Positions 59,844-64,000 of a DNA stretch of 64,000 nt are shown piece by piece. A program made the position numbers and the translations under genes. Positions within the stretch are counted from its first letter, which is position 1; each line of letters starts with the position of its first letter. Source of the DNA: an uncultured delta proteobacterium (GTDB lineage: Bacteria > Desulfobacterota > Binatia > Binatales > Binataceae); assembly GCA_963711565.1 (NCBI GenBank), contig CAVQEQ010000003.1:640001-704000 (forward strand). Direction: 5' to 3'. Under the pieces are notes generated by a model. The model made no database searches, was not told the origin of the DNA, and was given only the letters and a program-made list of their open reading frames with translations.

Positions 59844-59992
59844 GTCGTGGTTCCATTCGTTCAGGTCCGACAATACGGTGCGCCGAACTCGAAAATGCAG
59901 CAAGAGTCCAGCTTGGCCGCCGATAGGGCGCGGGAGACGTTTTCATCCTCGCCGCGTCGCGCTACGCTGGTGCCCGCAAAGGAGACCTCATC

Positions 59993-61231
59993 ATGCAAAT
60001 GAATGTGAAGCCGATCCCGACGCTCAACCCCCGCATCAACGAGATCCGCGCGCTCACGGCGCAGATCGTCAATCGCGATATCCTGCCCAATGAAAAGAAG
60101 CTGTGGGCGGGATACCGCGAGGGCGGAACAGACGACGAGCGGCGCAGCTCGCGCGAGTTGCGGGAGTCGGTCAAGGAGAAGGTGAAGAAGGCGGGCCTGT
60201 GGGCGCCGCATCTGCCGCCCGAGTACGGCGGCTCCGGCCTCGGTTTCCTCGAGCATGCGTACATGAACGAGGTGCTCGCCTACAGCATGGGAGCTGCGGC
60301 GCTGTTCGGCGTGGTCGCGCCCAATTCGGGCAACCAGTCGATACTGCTCAAGTACGGCACCGAGGAGCAGAAGCGCAAATGGCTGGTGCCGCTCACCGAA
60401 GGCAAAATGGAATCCGGCTTCTCGATGACGGAGCCGGACTCGGCCGGATCCGATCCGCGGTCGATCAAGACGACGGCGGTCCGCGACGGCGACCAGTGGG
60501 TGATCAACGGGCACAAATGGTTCACGTCGAACGGGTTTCGCGCCGACTTCCTGATCGTCATGTGCCGCACCGGCGGCAGCGGCGCCGATAACGGGCGCAT
60601 GACTCAGATAATCGTGCCCAAGAACACGCCGGGCCTGCGCATCGTGCGCGGCGTCGAGGTCTGGGGGCATCGGAGCGACCATTGCGAGATCGTGTACGAC
60701 GACGTGCGGGTGCCGCTCAGCAATCAGCTCGGCCAGGCGGGCTCGGGGCATCAGGCGGCGCAGGATCGCCTCGGCGCGGGACGCGTCTATCACTGCATGA
60801 ACTCGATCGGTCAGATGTGGCGGGCCTTCGACCTGATGGTCGAGCGCGCTACGATGCGCGAGGTGCACGGCGGCAAGCTCGAGACCAAGCAGTTCATCCA
60901 GGGCTTCATCGCCGATTCGTATATCGACATTCAGGCGGCGCGCCTGATGACGATCCACTGCGCTGAGCGGATGGACAGCAACAACGACCCGCGCACCGAC
61001 ATCTCGGCAATCAAGGTTTTCGTCCCTGCGGCCTTCGAGCGGGTGGTCGATCGGGCAATCCAAGTGTGGGGCGCGGCGGGCGTCTCAGGCGACCTGCCAC
61101 TGGCAGGAATGTACCAGGGCGCGCGCACGCTACGGCTCGCCGACGGCCCCGACGAGGTGCATAGGATTCTGATCGCGAAGAACGTTCTGTCGCATTATCA
61201 CAATGGGGAGGGCTGGGACTTCGGGAATTGA
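59993..61231 (+). CDS. Acyl-CoA dehydrogenase family protein
   Basis: FSMTEPDSAGSD, WVINGHKWFTS, AIQVWGAAG and RLADGPDEVH. Confidence 0.95.
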   Translation: MQMNVKPIPTLNPRINEIRALTAQIVNRDILPNEKKLWAGYREGGTDDERRSSRELRESVKEKVKKAGLWAPHLPPEYGGSGLGFLEHAYMNEVLAYSMGAAALFGVVAPNSGNQSILLKYGTEEQKRKWLVPLTEGKMESGFSMTEPDSAGSDPRSIKTTAVRDGDQWVINGHKWFTSNGFRADFLIVMCRTGGSGADNGRMTQIIVPKNTPGLRIVRGVEVWGHRSDHCEIVYDDVRVPLSNQLGQAGSGHQAAQDRLGAGRVYHCMNSIGQMWRAFDLMVERATMREVHGGKLETKQFIQGFIADSYIDIQAARLMTIHCAERMDSNNDPRTDISAIKVFVPAAFERVVDRAIQVWGAAGVSGDLPLAGMYQGARTLRLADGPDEVHRILIAKNVLSHYHNGEGWDFGN

Positions 61232-61375
61232 GGGGGTCGGCGCGGGGGATACCGAATTTCATGGTTCACGATGATCGCGGTCGGTCTTTTCATGTTCGGC
61301 GAAGGACGCTAAGTCATGCAGGCGGGTGAATCTGGCACCGATGATGCTTCGTACTACGATTAGGAGGGAGTTCGC

Positions 61376-61717
61376 ATGAAACTCAAAGCAAAGCTGATTA
61401 TGACCTTGTTGGGTGGTACGATTTTGGCGTTGCCACTGACGCCGCCGGCATTTGCCGAGCCGTCGTACGGCACGAATTCCAACTATATCGAGCGCGTCGA
61501 TTGGTGGTGGGATAATCATGGCCACGACGCCAACGACTACGCGAATTATGGTTGGCATCACGGGTCCTACGAGTACCACGGTCATAAATATGCCTGCCGA
61601 CGCGCGCGCGGGCTCCAGACCCAGGTCTGGCAAGATCGGCACTCGGGACATCCTGCCGCGGCAAACGATGTAGCGGAAGAAGCGGCAGCCGCGCGAGCCG
61701 CCTGCTATAACCGATAG
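61376..61717 (+). CDS. Small secreted hypothetical protein (113 aa)
   Basis: GGAGGGAG RBS, signal peptide ending AFA, aromatic/His-rich segment and two Cys. Confidence 0.8.
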   Translation: MKLKAKLIMTLLGGTILALPLTPPAFAEPSYGTNSNYIERVDWWWDNHGHDANDYANYGWHHGSYEYHGHKYACRRARGLQTQVWQDRHSGHPAAANDVAEEAAAARAACYNR

Positions 61718-61742
61718 CGGTAGCGTCCTGGTTTGATTTCCG

Positions 61743-61768
61743 AGCGCCTCGCTTCAGCGCGAGGCGCT
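61743..61768. terminator. GC-rich hairpin between convergent genes
   Basis: AGCGCCTCGC-TTCAGC-GCGAGGCGCT. The U-tract is weak. Confidence 0.45.
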
Positions 61769-61867
61769 TGGATTTCCGTTTTGCGACTGGTAGCGCACCG
61801 CCCCGAGGCTGTCCTGTTTCATTACGCGCCGCGGTTTGCAGACGCCGAGGGTTGGGTTCGCCGAGGA

Positions 61868-62863
61868 TCAGCCGCCGATTTGGTACATCGACCTGTCCTG
61901 CGTCGAGCGGCCTTCTAGCAGGTGGTGGCCGGTCGGCTTTAGTTCGACCGCGCGTTTCAGGATTCTTGCGACATCCGCGATCACATCGGCTGAATTCGAG
62001 CGCAGGGCTTTGCGGACGTCGAGTTCGTCGTCGTTGAGCAGGCACAGGTGGAATTTTCCGTCCGCCGTCAGGCGCATCCGGTTGCACGTGCCGCAGTAGG
62101 GCTCGCTGACGGGGCTGATGAAGCCGACGACGCCGCGCGCGCCTCGCAGATGATAGTTGCGCGATTCGTCGGCGAGGTTCTCCGACGGCATTTCAGTGAG
62201 CGGGCCCAGCGCCGACTCGATTCTGCGCCGCGTCTCGATATTCGAGACGTAGCGCTTCATCGACAGCCGCGCACATTCGCCGCCGCCGAGCGGCATCAGC
62301 TCGATAAACCGCACGTGCCAGTCGCGCTCGACCGTCAGCCGAGCCAGCTCGATGACGTCGGCTTCGTTGTAGCCAGCCGTCACCACCGCGTTGAGCTTGA
62401 TCGGCGTCAGCCCCGCCTCTTCGGCCGCGACGATCCCGCGCCAGATTTTCTCGAAGCTGCCCCATCGCATCTGCCGCTCGACGGTCGCGGGGTCCAGGCT
62501 GTCGAGATGCACGTTGATACGATTCAGCCCGGCGCGTTTTAGCGGACGCGCCAATTCGGTGAGCAGGAGCGCGTTGGTGGTCAGCGCCAGGCCGTCCACG
62601 CTGGGCACGCGCGCGAGCCGCTCGACGATTTCGACGAGATCGAGCCGCAATGTCGGCTCGCCGCCCGTCAGCCGGAATTTCCGAAAGCCCACGCTCACGG
62701 CGGCGCGCGCGACGGTTTCGAACTCAGTCGGCGTGAGCAGCTCGTCCTTGGGGATAAAGCGCAAGCCCTCGAGCGGCATACAGTAAACGCAGCGCAGGTT
62801 GCATGCGTCGATTACCGATAACCGCAGGTAGTCTATTTCACGATTGAACGAGTCGCGGGGCAC
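61868..62863 (-). CDS. moaA: GTP 3',8-cyclase MoaA (radical SAM)
   Basis: DSFNREIDYLRLSV, CNLRCVYC, RLTGGEP, CGTCNRMRLTADG...CL and C-terminal IGG. GTG start at 62863 inferred. Confidence 0.96.
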   Translation of the reverse strand: MPRDSFNREIDYLRLSVIDACNLRCVYCMPLEGLRFIPKDELLTPTEFETVARAAVSVGFRKFRLTGGEPTLRLDLVEIVERLARVPSVDGLALTTNALLLTELARPLKRAGLNRINVHLDSLDPATVERQMRWGSFEKIWRGIVAAEEAGLTPIKLNAVVTAGYNEADVIELARLTVERDWHVRFIELMPLGGGECARLSMKRYVSNIETRRRIESALGPLTEMPSENLADESRNYHLRGARGVVGFISPVSEPYCGTCNRMRLTADGKFHLCLLNDDELDVRKALRSNSADVIADVARILKRAVELKPTGHHLLEGRSTQDRSMYQIGG

Positions 62864-62967
62864 AAGCCCATAGTTATCGGAGCATCCCGCGCGAAACAAC
62901 TTGGGGCGCCAGGCGGTGCAGGCTCAATCTTGCCAATTCGCCCGCGGCGCTTATTATCATTGGTATC

Positions 62968-63648
62968 GTGACAAACAATTGCGTGAATATGATTTGTCGA
63001 ACGCGCGGGAAATCGCGAGTGAGCCTGGCGCTCGCAATCGCGATCGCCGCGTTGGGAACCCTCGCGATCGGATCGTCGAGCTATGCCGCTGAAGCCGATC
63101 GCGCCGAGTCCGACGCGGTCGTTGCCGAGGCGGAAAAGCTCGTGATGCAGGCCGGGCAGGCCGATCCGGTCAATACGAATTTGATTCACCAGGCAATGGA
63201 CAAGCTGCATCTGGCGCTGAAAATCGATCCGCACAACGACGCGGCCTACGTGGACCTCGGCTTCTGCTACGGCGTTTTGCGCGACGGCGCAACCGCGATC
63301 GACATGTACCGCACGGCGACCGAGCTGAATCCGTCGGGCAGCAACTTTATCGAGCTGGCGGACATTTATATGCGGGTCGGCGACTCTGAAGATGCGTTGC
63401 TGGCGGCCAACGCCGGACTCGTCAAGGATCCTTCCAACGCGCGGCTCTACAACGCCAAGGGCATGGCGCTGAACGATTTGCAGCGTTTCGACGAAGCCGA
63501 AGAAGCATGGGAGAAAGCGCTGCGGCTCAATCCCAATCTGAAAGTCGCGCAGGCAAATCTAGACGCGCTAAACGGCGGCCCGAACGGCCGCGGCAGCATC
63601 AGCAAGCATCCAGCGCAAGCGCCGCCGCAATCCAGCCCGCTGCAGTGA
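62968..63648 (+). CDS. Exported tetratricopeptide repeat protein
   Basis: Signal peptide and TPR motifs (ALKIDP..AYVDLG, YNAKGMAL...ALRLNP). The start may be further downstream. Confidence 0.88.
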   Translation: MTNNCVNMICRTRGKSRVSLALAIAIAALGTLAIGSSSYAAEADRAESDAVVAEAEKLVMQAGQADPVNTNLIHQAMDKLHLALKIDPHNDAAYVDLGFCYGVLRDGATAIDMYRTATELNPSGSNFIELADIYMRVGDSEDALLAANAGLVKDPSNARLYNAKGMALNDLQRFDEAEEAWEKALRLNPNLKVAQANLDALNGGPNGRGSISKHPAQAPPQSSPLQ

Positions 63649-63677
63649 GAACGCGCGACGGCGAATCCCGAGATGTG

Positions 63678-63707
63678 AAAGGCCGAGCGATCGCGGCCCG
63701 GCCTTTT
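63678..63707. terminator. Likely intrinsic terminator after the TPR gene
   Basis: AAAGGCCG...CGGCCTTTT. Confidence 0.55.
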
Positions 63708-63728
63708 CAATTTCCAATAGACCGTTTA

Positions 63729-63875
63729 TCACCTGTAAGCGGCAGTGCGCTCAGGTCCGGCTTCTCGGCGGTCGCGCGCGACTCGAAGCCTAGAGCGGAT
63801 GACGGAAACGATTCCCACGATCGCCACGAACAGCGCGAATCCAGCAGGAACCGCAAAATCTCTGAGTGCTTCCAT
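63729..63875 (-). CDS. Small single-TM hypothetical protein (48 aa)
   Basis: MEALRDFAVPAGFALFVAIVGIVSVIRSR..., starting 8 nt after the upstream stop. Confidence 0.55.
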   Translation of the reverse strand: MEALRDFAVPAGFALFVAIVGIVSVIRSRLRVARDRREAGPERTAAYR

Positions 63876-63883
63876 CTTCAGAT

Positions 63884-64000
63884 CTAGCCGCCGGTGATTG
63901 GGCGCTCGGGCTCCGCCACGCAGTACGCACATCGGCAGAGGCTTCTGAGCTGCGGCATCGTGTAGATAGTCTCGTGGCCGTCAACCCATCCGATAAACAC
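63884..64000 (-). CDS. DUF971-like protein, C-terminal part (gene starts outside the window)
   Basis: Manual translation VFIGWVDGHETIYTMPQLRSLCRCAYCVAEPERPITGG*, matching the W.DGH...Y...LR..C.CA.C motif. Confidence 0.75.
   Translation of the reverse strand: MFIGWVDGHETIYTMPQLRSLCRCAYCVAEPERPITGG

Overview
GC-rich bacterial chromosomal window. The style of the genes suggests a deltaproteobacteria-like soil lineage such as Candidatus Binatota; this is inference and was not checked against a database. The centre (about 12.1-45.4 kb, all minus strand) is a continuous core translation/transcription cluster: tRNA Thr-Tyr-Gly-Thr, rpmG, tRNA-Trp, secE, nusG, rplKAJL, rpoBC, the str, S10 and spc operons, secY-adk-map-infA-rpmJ and the alpha operon. 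The left flank has a heavy-metal RND efflux system with a divergent RcnR-like repressor and two operator boxes, a cupredoxin/cytochrome c pair, clpB, a Crp/Fnr regulator and tldD/tldE. The right flank has a patatin lipoprotein cluster, rlmB, a quinol-dependent NO reductase, lptFG, three tandem collagen-like genes beside a beta-helix surface protein, a grpB gene with an in-frame stop, an acyl-CoA dehydrogenase, moaA, a TPR protein and a partial DUF971 gene. The best novel candidates are: (1) three diverged, length-matched (22/23/23 Gly-X-Y) secreted collagens that may form a heterotrimer; (2) a bipartite motif repeated just upstream of rpsD, rpsK and rplK; (3) a tRNA-Gly 3' trailer perfectly antisense to the rplK start region. 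No CRISPR array, rRNA gene, transposase or integrase was seen.
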